Shown one piece after another: positions 11,510 to 20,792 of a DNA stretch of 64,000 nucleotides. Each line of letters starts with the position of its first letter. Within the stretch, counting starts at the first letter, position 1. Location of the stretch: positions 32,001-96,000 of the forward strand of contig DAHVQG010000005.1 of the NCBI GenBank assembly GCA_027317865.1. Reading direction: 5' to 3'. The notes below the pieces were generated by a model. That model saw nothing but the letters and a program-made list of their open reading frames with translations. It did not search any database and was not told the origin of the DNA. Source of the DNA: Bdellovibrionales bacterium (GTDB lineage: Bacteria; Bdellovibrionota; Bdellovibrionia; Bdellovibrionales; UBA1609). Both the position numbers and the translations under genes were made by a program.

Positions 11510-12406
11510 ATGAAAGCATTTTTTAAACTGACAAAACCGGGAATCTCGCTGTTTGTGATGATCAGCGGGCTTGCCGGTTACGCGATCAGCTTACCGTTTC
11601 ACCGGCCTTTTGATCTCACCGTGCCCTGTTTATTGCTTTTTGGTTTGTATCTGGTGAGCACCGGAAGTTTTGCGCTCAATCAAGCTCAGGAGTGGCGACT
11701 CGATCAATTGATGCCGCGAACTTCTATGAGGCCGCTCCCGCAGGGCGATATGTCGTTGGTACAAGTCTATTCGATCGCGACACTCTGTCTTTTGTTTGGA
11801 TTTTTGGTGTTGCTACTTCTTAGCCCATGGACGGCGTTGCTCGCTTTTCTTACGGTCATCTTTTACAACGGATTTTATACGCTTTTATGGAAGAAGCGTC
11901 TGGCTTTTGCGGCTGTACCAGGCGCAATTCCGGGTGCGATGCCGGTTCTGGTGGGATACTCGGTTAACTCCATTATGCTGTGGCGGCCAGACTGCATTTA
12001 TTTATTTTTAATTATGTTTTTGTGGCAGATGCCCCATTTCTGGGCGCTTTCGGTTCGGTACAAGGACGACTATGCCAAAGCGGGCTTTCCGGTTTTACCG
12101 AATAGAATCGGCGTTGAGAGGACAATTTATTATATTGGTCTTTATACGTTTGCGTATGTCGCCCTTGCGCTATCGGCACCGGTTTTTGTTCCAGCCCATT
12201 ACTTGCAGGTTTTTATCGTGATACCGATTGCCGTTAAAGTTTTGTGGGAATTTTTCAAGTATCAAAAGTCATCTGAAACGGCGGCCGAAGGTCACATTAA
12301 ATGGCTGCCATTTTTTTTGTGGACGAATCTCAGTATGCTCGTTTTCATTTGTGCCCCCGTGTTTGACCGTTGGTGTTTCTATTTTATGGGCGGTCGGGGA
12401 GCATAG
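11510..12406 (+). CDS. ctaB: Protoheme IX farnesyltransferase (heme O synthase)
   Basis: LTKP, DQLMPRTSMRPLP, GAIPGAMP, LWQMPHFWAL, DYAKAGFPVLP. Confidence 0.95.
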   Translation: MKAFFKLTKPGISLFVMISGLAGYAISLPFHRPFDLTVPCLLLFGLYLVSTGSFALNQAQEWRLDQLMPRTSMRPLPQGDMSLVQVYSIATLCLLFGFLVLLLLSPWTALLAFLTVIFYNGFYTLLWKKRLAFAAVPGAIPGAMPVLVGYSVNSIMLWRPDCIYLFLIMFLWQMPHFWALSVRYKDDYAKAGFPVLPNRIGVERTIYYIGLYTFAYVALALSAPVFVPAHYLQVFIVIPIAVKVLWEFFKYQKSSETAAEGHIKWLPFFLWTNLSMLVFICAPVFDRWCFYFMGGRGA

Positions 12407-12435
12407 TTGTCCGCGCGCTTTGAAGGGCTTTAGCG

Positions 12436-13329
12436 GTGAATGAAAGACACCTAAAAGGTTACAAATATTTCTGTGTTACGATTTTCTGTTTAATTTTGCT
12501 TGGGGCCTTTGTGCGCTCCATGAATGCCGGCTTGTCGTGTCCGGATTGGCCGCTTTGTCTTGGCAGAATAATTCCGCATTATCAGCCGCGAGTTTATTTT
12601 GAATTCTTGCATCGGGTATTGGCGGGGCTTATTTCACTAGCGGCCGTTTATCTAAACTTCAAAATTATTCTAAATAAATCCATGCCGAAATCTCTGAAGT
12701 GGATTGTGAGTGCTGCGCTCGTTTTATTGGTCGGACAAATTATTTTAGGCGGGTTAACGGTTCTACTGCGGTTGAATTACGGCATTGTGACGAGCCATCT
12801 TGCAATGGGCACAGCGTTTTTTGAGCTTTCGTTTTGGGCGTACCTTTCGCTGCGTGATATTTTGAGGGATTCGAACAAATCCACCCCGACAACAAGGAAG
12901 ACGGATCCGCGAGTATTCACTATTGTTTTGGTTGCCGCCGTATATGGGCAAATTTTATTAGGTGGGCTTGTTGCCTCAAACTACGCTGGGCTCGTTTGCC
13001 CGTATTTTCCGCTTTGTGAAGGCAGCCTCATCCCAACGCTTCACGGACTGATTGGTCTGCAGGTGATTCATCGCTTGGGGGCTTATACGCTTGCAACAAT
13101 TATAATTATTTACACAATTTACGTTTTCAAGCGAGTGGACGATCTCGTTATGCGAAGACTCGTAAAATGGCTTTTGGGGCTAATTATTCTTCAAATCGGC
13201 GTGGGCGTCGCGAACATTGAATTACAAATTCCGCCGCTTGTTCAGGTTATACATTTGGGTGTTGCGGTTTTAATTCTAACAGTGGCGGTGCGCCTACTGT
13301 ACGCTTCACTCCGAATCCGGCTGTCTTGA
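12436..13329 (+). CDS. ctaA: Heme A synthase, COX15/CtaA family
   Basis: GLSCPDWPLC, EFLHR, HL, second C-x-x-FPLC and IHRLGA. Confidence 0.92.
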   Translation: MNERHLKGYKYFCVTIFCLILLGAFVRSMNAGLSCPDWPLCLGRIIPHYQPRVYFEFLHRVLAGLISLAAVYLNFKIILNKSMPKSLKWIVSAALVLLVGQIILGGLTVLLRLNYGIVTSHLAMGTAFFELSFWAYLSLRDILRDSNKSTPTTRKTDPRVFTIVLVAAVYGQILLGGLVASNYAGLVCPYFPLCEGSLIPTLHGLIGLQVIHRLGAYTLATIIIIYTIYVFKRVDDLVMRRLVKWLLGLIILQIGVGVANIELQIPPLVQVIHLGVAVLILTVAVRLLYASLRIRLS

Positions 13330-13956
13330 GGGGTGGGCGAGCACAAAGGGCTCGAGCTCTTCGACGGCATGGTAAACCTGTAGCACAGTCGGATAGTTTT
13401 CAAGTTCAACGCCGAATCGGCGAGCTGAAAAAATTTGTGGAACAATAAAGCAGTCAGCCGCAGTAACGTCGTCACCAAAGGCATAATCACCAGCTGTCAT
13501 TTTTAAAAGATCTTCGAGGGCGCGAAGACCACGGTGATTCCATTCTTTAATCCAATTTTTTTTCTGCTCGGCTGAAAAGCCGTATGTTTTTTCAAGCTCC
13601 TGCATGACGGCGGCGTTTTGTAGCGGCTGAATCCCACTATTAACGATTTCACAAATTTGTGTCACTACCGCCCGATCAAAGGGTTCGAGTGGGAATAAAT
13701 GTGGCTCCGGCGAGATGTTCTCTAGATAGTCGAAAATTGCCATCGACTGCGCAATGGGGTGGCCGGCATGAATGAGACAGGGGACTTGTTTGAGCGGATT
13801 AAGCTTTCGGTATTCGGGGCCGTGTTGTTCGCCGCCATTATTTAAAAGATGCACTGGCCGGTATTCGTATTTAATATTTTTTAGATTAAGTGCGATGCGC
13901 ACACGATACGAGGCTGAACTTCGGTAATAACTATAGAGCACAAATTCAGACGCCAT
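13306..13956 (-). CDS. maiA: Maleylacetoacetate isomerase (GST zeta)
   Basis: LYSYYRSSASYRVRIALNLK, SGIQPLQN, AHPSRQPD. Confidence 0.95.
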   Translation of the reverse strand: MASEFVLYSYYRSSASYRVRIALNLKNIKYEYRPVHLLNNGGEQHGPEYRKLNPLKQVPCLIHAGHPIAQSMAIFDYLENISPEPHLFPLEPFDRAVVTQICEIVNSGIQPLQNAAVMQELEKTYGFSAEQKKNWIKEWNHRGLRALEDLLKMTAGDYAFGDDVTAADCFIVPQIFSARRFGVELENYPTVLQVYHAVEELEPFVLAHPSRQPDSE

Positions 13957-14027
13957 GGTAAATTCCTCGCGCTTTACGGGTCAATTCTTTCAAGGTATCT
14001 TCAAGATATAGAGGTAGACCGTTAAAC

Positions 14028-15023
14028 ATGAAGTTGGCAACTTTGAAAAGCGCAATATGCCGGGATGGCGAACTGGTTGTTGTAAGCCGCGATAATAGCC
14101 GCGCCGTCAAACCGCACGTTTTGACCGACGGAGCCACTCCCTCGACACTTCGAGAAAGCGTTGAACGCTGGTCGACGGTGAGCCCAAAACTTGAACAGAT
14201 TTATTCCGACTTAAACCAAAAATCAGTGCCGGGCGAGTTTAAGGTTGTCGAGCACGATTTGCATTCGCCACTTCCGCGTGCGTTTCAGTGGGCGGACGGT
14301 TCGGCGTTTTTACATCATGTAAAGCTTGTTCGGCAGGCACGAGGAGCTGAAACTCCTCCGAATTTTTTCTCTACTCCGCTTATGTATCAGGGCGGGAGCG
14401 ACACGTTTCTTGCACCGACGGATGAAATCCCCCAAATTGATGAAAAATACGGTACGGATTTTGAGGGCGAAATCGCCGTCATAACCGATGATGTGCCGAT
14501 GGGCGTGTCTGCCGATGAGGCTCTTAAACACATAGTACTTGTGATGTTAGTGAACGATGTTTCGTTGCGCGGGCTCATCCCTGAGGAGCTTGCGATGGGT
14601 TTTGGTTTTTTTCAAAGTAAGCCGTCGTCGGCATTTGCACCGTTTGCGCTCACGCCAGAGGAGCTGGGTGACAATTGGCGGCAGGGTCGGCTTCATTTGC
14701 CACTTCTTGTGGATTTCAATGGCCAATTTTTTGGACGAGCCAATGGCGGCGAGATGCATTTTCACTTTGGCCAGCTTATAGCTCACGCCGCTAAAACACG
14801 CATGCTCAGTGCGGGCACCATTATTGGAAGTGGTACAGTTTCAAATGAAGACCCAACTGTTGGCTCAAGTTGCCTCGCCGAGCGGCGAATGATCGAAAAA
14901 ATCGAAGCAGGCTCGTCAAAAACGCCATTTATGAAGGTCGGGGACAGAGTCGAAATCAAAATGCTCGACTCAAATGGTCAGAATCTATTTGGCGCGATCA
15001 AACAAGAGGTGCGAAAGCTTTAA
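14028..15023 (+). CDS. Fumarylacetoacetate hydrolase family protein
   Basis: MKLATLK..RDG, PLPRAFQWADGSAF, DFEGE, NDVSLR, GFGFFQSKP, GSGTVSN; divergent from maiA. Confidence 0.92.
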   Translation: MKLATLKSAICRDGELVVVSRDNSRAVKPHVLTDGATPSTLRESVERWSTVSPKLEQIYSDLNQKSVPGEFKVVEHDLHSPLPRAFQWADGSAFLHHVKLVRQARGAETPPNFFSTPLMYQGGSDTFLAPTDEIPQIDEKYGTDFEGEIAVITDDVPMGVSADEALKHIVLVMLVNDVSLRGLIPEELAMGFGFFQSKPSSAFAPFALTPEELGDNWRQGRLHLPLLVDFNGQFFGRANGGEMHFHFGQLIAHAAKTRMLSAGTIIGSGTVSNEDPTVGSSCLAERRMIEKIEAGSSKTPFMKVGDRVEIKMLDSNGQNLFGAIKQEVRKL

Positions 15024-15096
15024 ATATACTAGACCAAGGTCTAGAGTTTCTAATGCGACTTTGCTGCCGCCTATGGACGCTCGCTAAGATTTTTTA

Positions 15097-16491
15097 GTGA
15101 TAAATAAAAGGCTAAAGCGACTCGCCAAAAGACCGGTATATTTTGCTCTTATTTTAGCTTCGTTTATATTTTTTTCTGGTTGCTCAAAATTTCAATCCGA
15201 AAGTTGGGCTCAGGCACCGCTAAACCGCCTTGCAAAGCCGGCACCGCCGATTTGTCGCGGAGAGACCGCCCCCTATCAAATGAAATTCGAAATTCGCGAT
15301 GAATCTTCGCCAGCCAATTTAAAGCAATTTTTACTGCAGCAATCGAACTTTCGTGACTCGTTGACCGCAATGAGTCTTCGCGAAAATTCATATTTAACAC
15401 CAACAAAAAGAGTGCCGCTTGAGCAATGGCCGGAACTTTTAGATGATTTGAATTTCGCCGAAATGCCCCTTGCAATAGACCGGCAAATTGCACATTACCA
15501 ACAGATAAATTTATCGGGCTACATTCGCCTTGGGAATGATGTTTACCCCCTTGCACAAGCGGAGAAAAGTTTAGAGGTTTTTAAATATCTTATAGAAAAA
15601 GATCTGGCGTGTACGGTAGGTCACACCTATCAATATTGCCTTCAACGATTTAACTCTGAAGTACGTGCGCAATTTAATCTTTATGAACCGTCTTTAGATC
15701 CGGGGGACCCTCGATACGGAGAGCCCGACGACGCCCTGTTTACGGGATATTATACCCCCGATATTTCTGTCAGCCGGATAAAAACCGCAATCTATAACCA
15801 CGCCATTTATGCAATGCCGGCAACTGATTCGTTACGTCAATCAAGTCGGGATCTTATTGATTTTCACAACCGCCTTGCCGGTCAACATTTGAGTTTGTTT
15901 TACGCCAGCGATTTGTTTTCGGTATATCTCGCGCAAATCCAAGGTAATGCCCACGTGTTTATTCAAGGCGCCGAGCATCCTGCAAGTTTTTACTTAAACT
16001 ATTCAGGAACAAATGGCCTTCGCTGGCGATTTATTTCTGAATACATGTACCGCATGCATTACATCAATAACACGTCGATTCATGCGCAACACCAGTTCCT
16101 AAGAGAACATCCAAACAAACAAGAACAGATCTATTCGACATGTCCTTCTTATGTATACTTTGAAAAAACGACCTCGCCTCCAATTGGTTCGGGCGACGTT
16201 CCCGTGACCGCAAACCGCACAATTGCCACCGACGAAAATTATTATCCCTTCAAGGGCCTTTTGGCTTTTGTTCAAGCGCAGCGCCCAACTGCAAAACAAA
16301 ATTTAAATACTCCGTGCCCGGCGATTCAATTTCAGAATTTTTCGCGGTTTTTTATCGACCAAGATTCGGGCGGCGCCATTCGCGGTAAAGCGCGCGCCGA
16401 TATTTATTTTGGCGAAGGTTCTTACGCGCGGCTTGCGGCCTATAATGAAGACACGCGTGGTAACATTTACTTTCTAATGCTAAAGAAGTAA
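15097..16491 (+). CDS. mltA: MltA-family membrane-bound lytic transglycosylase (lipoprotein)
   Basis: Lipobox FSGC, FTGYYTP, QIQG, PSYVYF, QDSGGAIRG..RADIYFG (3D domain). Confidence 0.9.
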   Translation: MINKRLKRLAKRPVYFALILASFIFFSGCSKFQSESWAQAPLNRLAKPAPPICRGETAPYQMKFEIRDESSPANLKQFLLQQSNFRDSLTAMSLRENSYLTPTKRVPLEQWPELLDDLNFAEMPLAIDRQIAHYQQINLSGYIRLGNDVYPLAQAEKSLEVFKYLIEKDLACTVGHTYQYCLQRFNSEVRAQFNLYEPSLDPGDPRYGEPDDALFTGYYTPDISVSRIKTAIYNHAIYAMPATDSLRQSSRDLIDFHNRLAGQHLSLFYASDLFSVYLAQIQGNAHVFIQGAEHPASFYLNYSGTNGLRWRFISEYMYRMHYINNTSIHAQHQFLREHPNKQEQIYSTCPSYVYFEKTTSPPIGSGDVPVTANRTIATDENYYPFKGLLAFVQAQRPTAKQNLNTPCPAIQFQNFSRFFIDQDSGGAIRGKARADIYFGEGSYARLAAYNEDTRGNIYFLMLKK

Positions 16492-16501
16492 AAACTTCGT
16501 T

Positions 16502-17128
16502 GTGAACCCATTAATCAAAAAGTTGAAAGTTTTAGCGTTCGCCTCTGGATACGGCTCAACGCTCGAACACCTATTGAAGTATGAAACAAGCCAAAATCCG
16601 CAATGGACGGTGACCGGTGTGGTTTGTGACAACCCCCGGGCGCGCGCGCTAACGGTTGCAAAACAGTACGCAAGAGCAGCTGTTTTGGTTTCTCGGCAAG
16701 ACTTCAAATCGAGTACCGAATTTGACCATGCAATTTTTAAGGCGGTCGAACAACAATCGCCAGATGTCATTTTTCTTTTGGGGTATTTGAAGAAAGTAGA
16801 CGCAAAACTGATTAATTCGTTTTCAGGGAGAATTTTTAACTCCCATCCGAGCTTATTACCAAAATACGGCGGCAAGAAAATGTATGGCCGGGCCGTGCAT
16901 GAAGCGGTTTTACGTGCCGGCGAATTAGAAACGGGCGTGACTCTTCACGAGGTCAACGAAAATTATGATAGCGGGCGTGTCCGAGTACAAAAGAAAATTC
17001 AAATCAAATCATCTTGGACTGTGGATGAAGTTGAGAATGCAGTTAAAATTTTTGAGAAACAAACGATTGTCGAATTCTTAAATCAAATTGCCGGCGCCGG
17101 CGCGGGTGCGTTTGAGGCAAAAATGTGA
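16502..17128 (+). CDS. purN: Phosphoribosylglycinamide formyltransferase
   Basis: FASGYGS, NSHPSLLPKYGG, GVTLHEVNENYDSG. Confidence 0.88.
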   Translation: MNPLIKKLKVLAFASGYGSTLEHLLKYETSQNPQWTVTGVVCDNPRARALTVAKQYARAAVLVSRQDFKSSTEFDHAIFKAVEQQSPDVIFLLGYLKKVDAKLINSFSGRIFNSHPSLLPKYGGKKMYGRAVHEAVLRAGELETGVTLHEVNENYDSGRVRVQKKIQIKSSWTVDEVENAVKIFEKQTIVEFLNQIAGAGAGAFEAKM

Positions 17129-18066
17129 ATTGCGGATGGCTCGGCTTCAAAAACTCGGTTTCGGTTTGTGAGTCGAAATTTACAGGCCACACACGTCGAA
17201 CGATTGCGATCGAGAAAAAAATTTAGTTCAGTAGACCAATCAAATAACATGAGCATTCCAAGGCCGGCGCCGCCGTTGTTGTTGATTTTTGGGGTTCTTT
17301 CGACCGCCGCGCGATTGAGCGCCCTTACGAGAGTATTGCGGTCAAGTGACCCAAAAGGATCGCAAACCATCAGCCAAAAATAATTTTGTTCATGCCCGTA
17401 TGTCAGCGTGATCGTTTCGCCCTTTTCAAGAGCGAATTTTACCCGCCGGTCCGTTACGAGCGGGGCGCCAGTTTTGAGGTTTCGCTTACCGTTATAAAAT
17501 GCATTTGTTAGTAGTTCGGATGCCGCAGTTAAAACAACTCCTTCAAAGCCTGGAAAGCAATTTAAGCTTTGAACGTATTTGCCAAGCTGGCGGTATAAAT
17601 CGTCGCACTGATCAGAGTTTGTAAGTGTCACATCTTGACGGTGAACTAATTGACCCGGTTGAAAGTGCTTCGGGGCAAATCTCTGTCTTTGTGACAATAG
17701 TTGTATGATGCAGGACCGCGAATTTTCTGAAGCGCGCGGGATAATGTGATCAATCGGATGTTTTAGCATGAGAGCCGTCATCTCGGCATTGGGGAGATCA
17801 TCGTAAACCAATGCAATCGTGGGTTGGCATTCGCGAATAACTTTTTCTAAATCGTTCTGCTTCGAGCGGACAATGTTTGAATTAACAAATAGCATTGCTT
17901 CTTGGCCGAATACTCGAACTGCGTCGTGTGCAGCGAGTAGGTCGGGAACAATTACGAAATGAGAAGAAACGAGTGCCTCCCGGGTGAAATCGCCGGGGTC
18001 ACCGCAAAATACGAATTGTGCCATCTGTACCAAAATTTTCCCGGCAAAGTTCGCGGCGCGCAACAT
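17083..18066 (-). CDS. RsbW/SpoIIAB-like GHKL ATPase (putative Ser kinase) with degenerate receiver-like N-terminus
   Basis: N box ASELLTNA, G1-like DPFGSL, G2 GGAGLG; no His-phosphotransfer box seen. Confidence 0.7.
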   Translation of the reverse strand: MLRAANFAGKILVQMAQFVFCGDPGDFTREALVSSHFVIVPDLLAAHDAVRVFGQEAMLFVNSNIVRSKQNDLEKVIRECQPTIALVYDDLPNAEMTALMLKHPIDHIIPRASENSRSCIIQLLSQRQRFAPKHFQPGQLVHRQDVTLTNSDQCDDLYRQLGKYVQSLNCFPGFEGVVLTAASELLTNAFYNGKRNLKTGAPLVTDRRVKFALEKGETITLTYGHEQNYFWLMVCDPFGSLDRNTLVRALNRAAVERTPKINNNGGAGLGMLMLFDWSTELNFFLDRNRSTCVACKFRLTNRNRVFEAEPSAIHIFASNAPAPAPAI

Positions 18067-18184
18067 GATTTTAGAGGCTGGACTTCGAACCAGAGCTCAA
18101 TAAGTTTGATTGATTTAGATGGCGTCGGTCATTACTCTAAAAAAACGCGGGCAAATTTAGTGGGTCCGCCAGTGGGAGCGCGAT

Positions 18185-18691
18185 GTGAAGGCAGCGGTTT
18201 TACCTAATACCCTGGCATTTGATGGGATTCTGGATGAAGTCTCCTCGTTTAATCACCTAGTTGAAGCATTCGAAAAATTAAAACAGACCGGCATGAAGCC
18301 ACCCGTGAATCTCGATTTTTCGAAAGTGAGCTATGCCAATTCCGCCGGGATCGTAACGTGGCTTAAATTTACCCAGGCCGCGAAAATCTCCTTCAAATAC
18401 ATTAATGCGCCAATTTGGCTAGTAAATCAGTTCAACATGATCCGCGATTATTTTCAAAACGGCAGCTATGCAGAAAGCATTGAAGCGCCGTATTTTTCAC
18501 CGGCAACCCAAGAATCGCGCGCATTCACGCTTCAGTTGGGCAAAGATATTCCGCTTCTAAACGACTATACAAACTTTGTTATGCCGAACCGGAATGTAAG
18601 TGGGCGTGTTTACGAAATCGATTTCTCCCCTGAACTTTACTTTTCTTTTATAAGCGAAAATTATCCTATGTTTAAAGAACTCCTAAAATGA
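18185..18691 (+). CDS. STAS-like (anti-anti-sigma type) protein
   Basis: FDGILDE...LDFSKVSYANSAGI matches the STAS pattern lDls.v.fiDSsG with the phospho-acceptor Ser kept. Confidence 0.72.
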   Translation: MKAAVLPNTLAFDGILDEVSSFNHLVEAFEKLKQTGMKPPVNLDFSKVSYANSAGIVTWLKFTQAAKISFKYINAPIWLVNQFNMIRDYFQNGSYAESIEAPYFSPATQESRAFTLQLGKDIPLLNDYTNFVMPNRNVSGRVYEIDFSPELYFSFISENYPMFKELLK

Positions 18692-19644
18692 ATAACGTCA
18701 CGGTTGTCAGCCACTTTTCTTTAGCCAATTGGCCGATCGTAAACAAACTTAGTGCGATTTGTAAGTGTCTCGAAGTTACAATGGTGCATTGTTCGGCAAT
18801 TGAAAAGTTGCGTTCGGTTATGAAAGAATTGCCTCCGGGTCGCCGGCTATTTTTTACGGATGAGGGGCTTGTATCCGTCGTGCAAGAAATCGAGACACAA
18901 TCGCATGGCGCAGTCGATGTGGCGATGTTTATAAATTCGCCGATTTCGAAAGTCGCTGAGAAGATAAACACCTTGCGATCGGTCAAATATTTAATTGGCG
19001 GGCAAAATGCCGAGTCGACTGGTCGGGATCTGTCGATCTTGATAAAAAAATATACGGACGGCGACATTCTTGATCTTGATAAATACTTGGCGTTTGGTTG
19101 TAAAATTCATACTCGAGTGGTGAATTCGGCGAAAGCAAAGCGAGACGCGATTGATTCCGTTGCAAAATATATCTCGCGCCTCGGTGACCCCGGTTATCGG
19201 CATCCATTTGACGAATACGCCCGGCGCATCTCTGAATTGACCGATGAGCTACTTTTAAACGCCGTATTTAACGCGAACCCGAGACTTCGCAATGCGGATC
19301 GTGGGGCGCAATTTCACTTACAACCCGAAGAAGAAGTTCGAATGTCATTTGGCTACGATGGTGATTATTTCGGCGTCTCGGTACGCGATCCGTTTGGCCA
19401 ATTTAACCCAGATACAATTATGAGCTACCTTGCTGCTAACCGTGAATCCGGCGGGATCGCAAAGTCAAAAAGTGCGGGGCTCGGGTTAAAATTTATATTT
19501 GAAAAAGCCCATCAAATCGTTGCGAATGTAAAAGAAGAGCGCGCCACTGAGGTCATAGCGCTGGTGCGATTTTCGAGTCGATTATTGGAATTTGAGAAAC
19601 AGAAAAAATCATTTTATTTTTTTGATTCAAGGAGGCGGGCCTGA
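18688..19644 (+). CDS. Second RsbW-like GHKL ATPase, paralog of 17083..18066
   Basis: DELLLNAVFNA, SFGYDG, VRDPFG, SAGLGLKFI; ATGA overlap with the STAS gene. Confidence 0.72.
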   Translation: MNNVTVVSHFSLANWPIVNKLSAICKCLEVTMVHCSAIEKLRSVMKELPPGRRLFFTDEGLVSVVQEIETQSHGAVDVAMFINSPISKVAEKINTLRSVKYLIGGQNAESTGRDLSILIKKYTDGDILDLDKYLAFGCKIHTRVVNSAKAKRDAIDSVAKYISRLGDPGYRHPFDEYARRISELTDELLLNAVFNANPRLRNADRGAQFHLQPEEEVRMSFGYDGDYFGVSVRDPFGQFNPDTIMSYLAANRESGGIAKSKSAGLGLKFIFEKAHQIVANVKEERATEVIALVRFSSRLLEFEKQKKSFYFFDSRRRA

Positions 19645-20792
19645 TGAAGACGAAGCAGATCGTTATTAAAAGTAAGGACCTCAATAATGCGAAACTTGAC
19701 GCTCTTTCGGCGATTGCTCCACAAGTTGGATTTTTATTTGGTTCGGTATCGACCTTCGAGAATCAGAGCTTTCTAAAGAAGCTGATTGATCAAAAGCCCA
19801 AATTGCAATGGGTTGGCTGCACAACCGCCGGTGAAGTGAGTCAAAGCGGCGTTTCTGACGACACTGCGGTTCTCACGGCAATTCATTTTGACAATCCAAA
19901 CGCCAAATTTAAAATCGCAACCGCGCGAATCGAATCCGCCGAAAAGAGCGAGCCGGCCGGGGAGAAGTTGGCAAAAGATCTTTCGACGCCGGAGTTGCGT
20001 GGCATTTTGGTTATAAGCCCCGGAGTTAACGTCAATGGTAGCCAGCTTGTTAAGGGCATTACAAAGGTGACGGGCAGCAGAGTCATAGTGACTGGCGGAT
20101 TAGCTGGTGACGGGGGCAAGTTTCAAAAAACGTTTACACTGTCCCCCGAAGGCGCAAGCGACAATCACGTGGTCGGGGTAGGCCTTTATGGGGACGCGAT
20201 CGAACTTCGTCACGGCTGTATGGGAGGGTGGGATCCATTTGGCAAGACCCGTCAGGTGACAAAATCGAATCTGAACGTGGTATTCGAACTCGACGGTAAA
20301 CCGGCGCTGGACATATATAAAGAATACTTAGGTGAACATGCTAAAGATCTCCCGGCATCCGGGCTTATGTTCCCTTTTGCGATACTAAACGATAAACAAG
20401 CGGACACGGGGCTAATTCGAACAATTCTTGCGGTTGACGATAAGGCGGGATCATTGACATTTGCCGGGGATGTTCCGGAGGGTTGCTATGTCAAACTCAT
20501 GCATGCCAATACAAAAGGTTTAGTAAGCGGAGCAAAAGGTGCGGCCGAACAGTCCATCACAAAGGGCGGCTTGGCTTCTAGTGCATTCGCGATGCTTATC
20601 AGCTGTGTCGGCAGAAAATTAGTCATGGGGCCGAACGTTGACGAAGAAATCGAGGCCATAAGCGACGTATTCGGAAGTGGCTGTGCATTATCCGGATTTT
20701 ACTCGTACGGCGAGATCAGCCCATTTTTAGACAAAGTGGGTTGCCAGCTTCACAACCAAACCATGACGATTAGCTATCTCAGCGAGCGATGA
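19644..20792 (+). CDS. FIST N/C domain sensor protein (NosP-like)
   Basis: GCTTAGEV, GGLAGDG, ELDGKPAL, FAGDVPEG, SCVGRK, GFYSYGEI, LHNQTMT. Confidence 0.93.
   Translation: MKTKQIVIKSKDLNNAKLDALSAIAPQVGFLFGSVSTFENQSFLKKLIDQKPKLQWVGCTTAGEVSQSGVSDDTAVLTAIHFDNPNAKFKIATARIESAEKSEPAGEKLAKDLSTPELRGILVISPGVNVNGSQLVKGITKVTGSRVIVTGGLAGDGGKFQKTFTLSPEGASDNHVVGVGLYGDAIELRHGCMGGWDPFGKTRQVTKSNLNVVFELDGKPALDIYKEYLGEHAKDLPASGLMFPFAILNDKQADTGLIRTILAVDDKAGSLTFAGDVPEGCYVKLMHANTKGLVSGAKGAAEQSITKGGLASSAFAMLISCVGRKLVMGPNVDEEIEAISDVFGSGCALSGFYSYGEISPFLDKVGCQLHNQTMTISYLSER

Noticed and set aside
15029-15044. Palindrome CTAGACC-AA-GGTCTAG between FAH and mltA
   Set aside because: Single short occurrence; cannot distinguish operator, terminator or chance.
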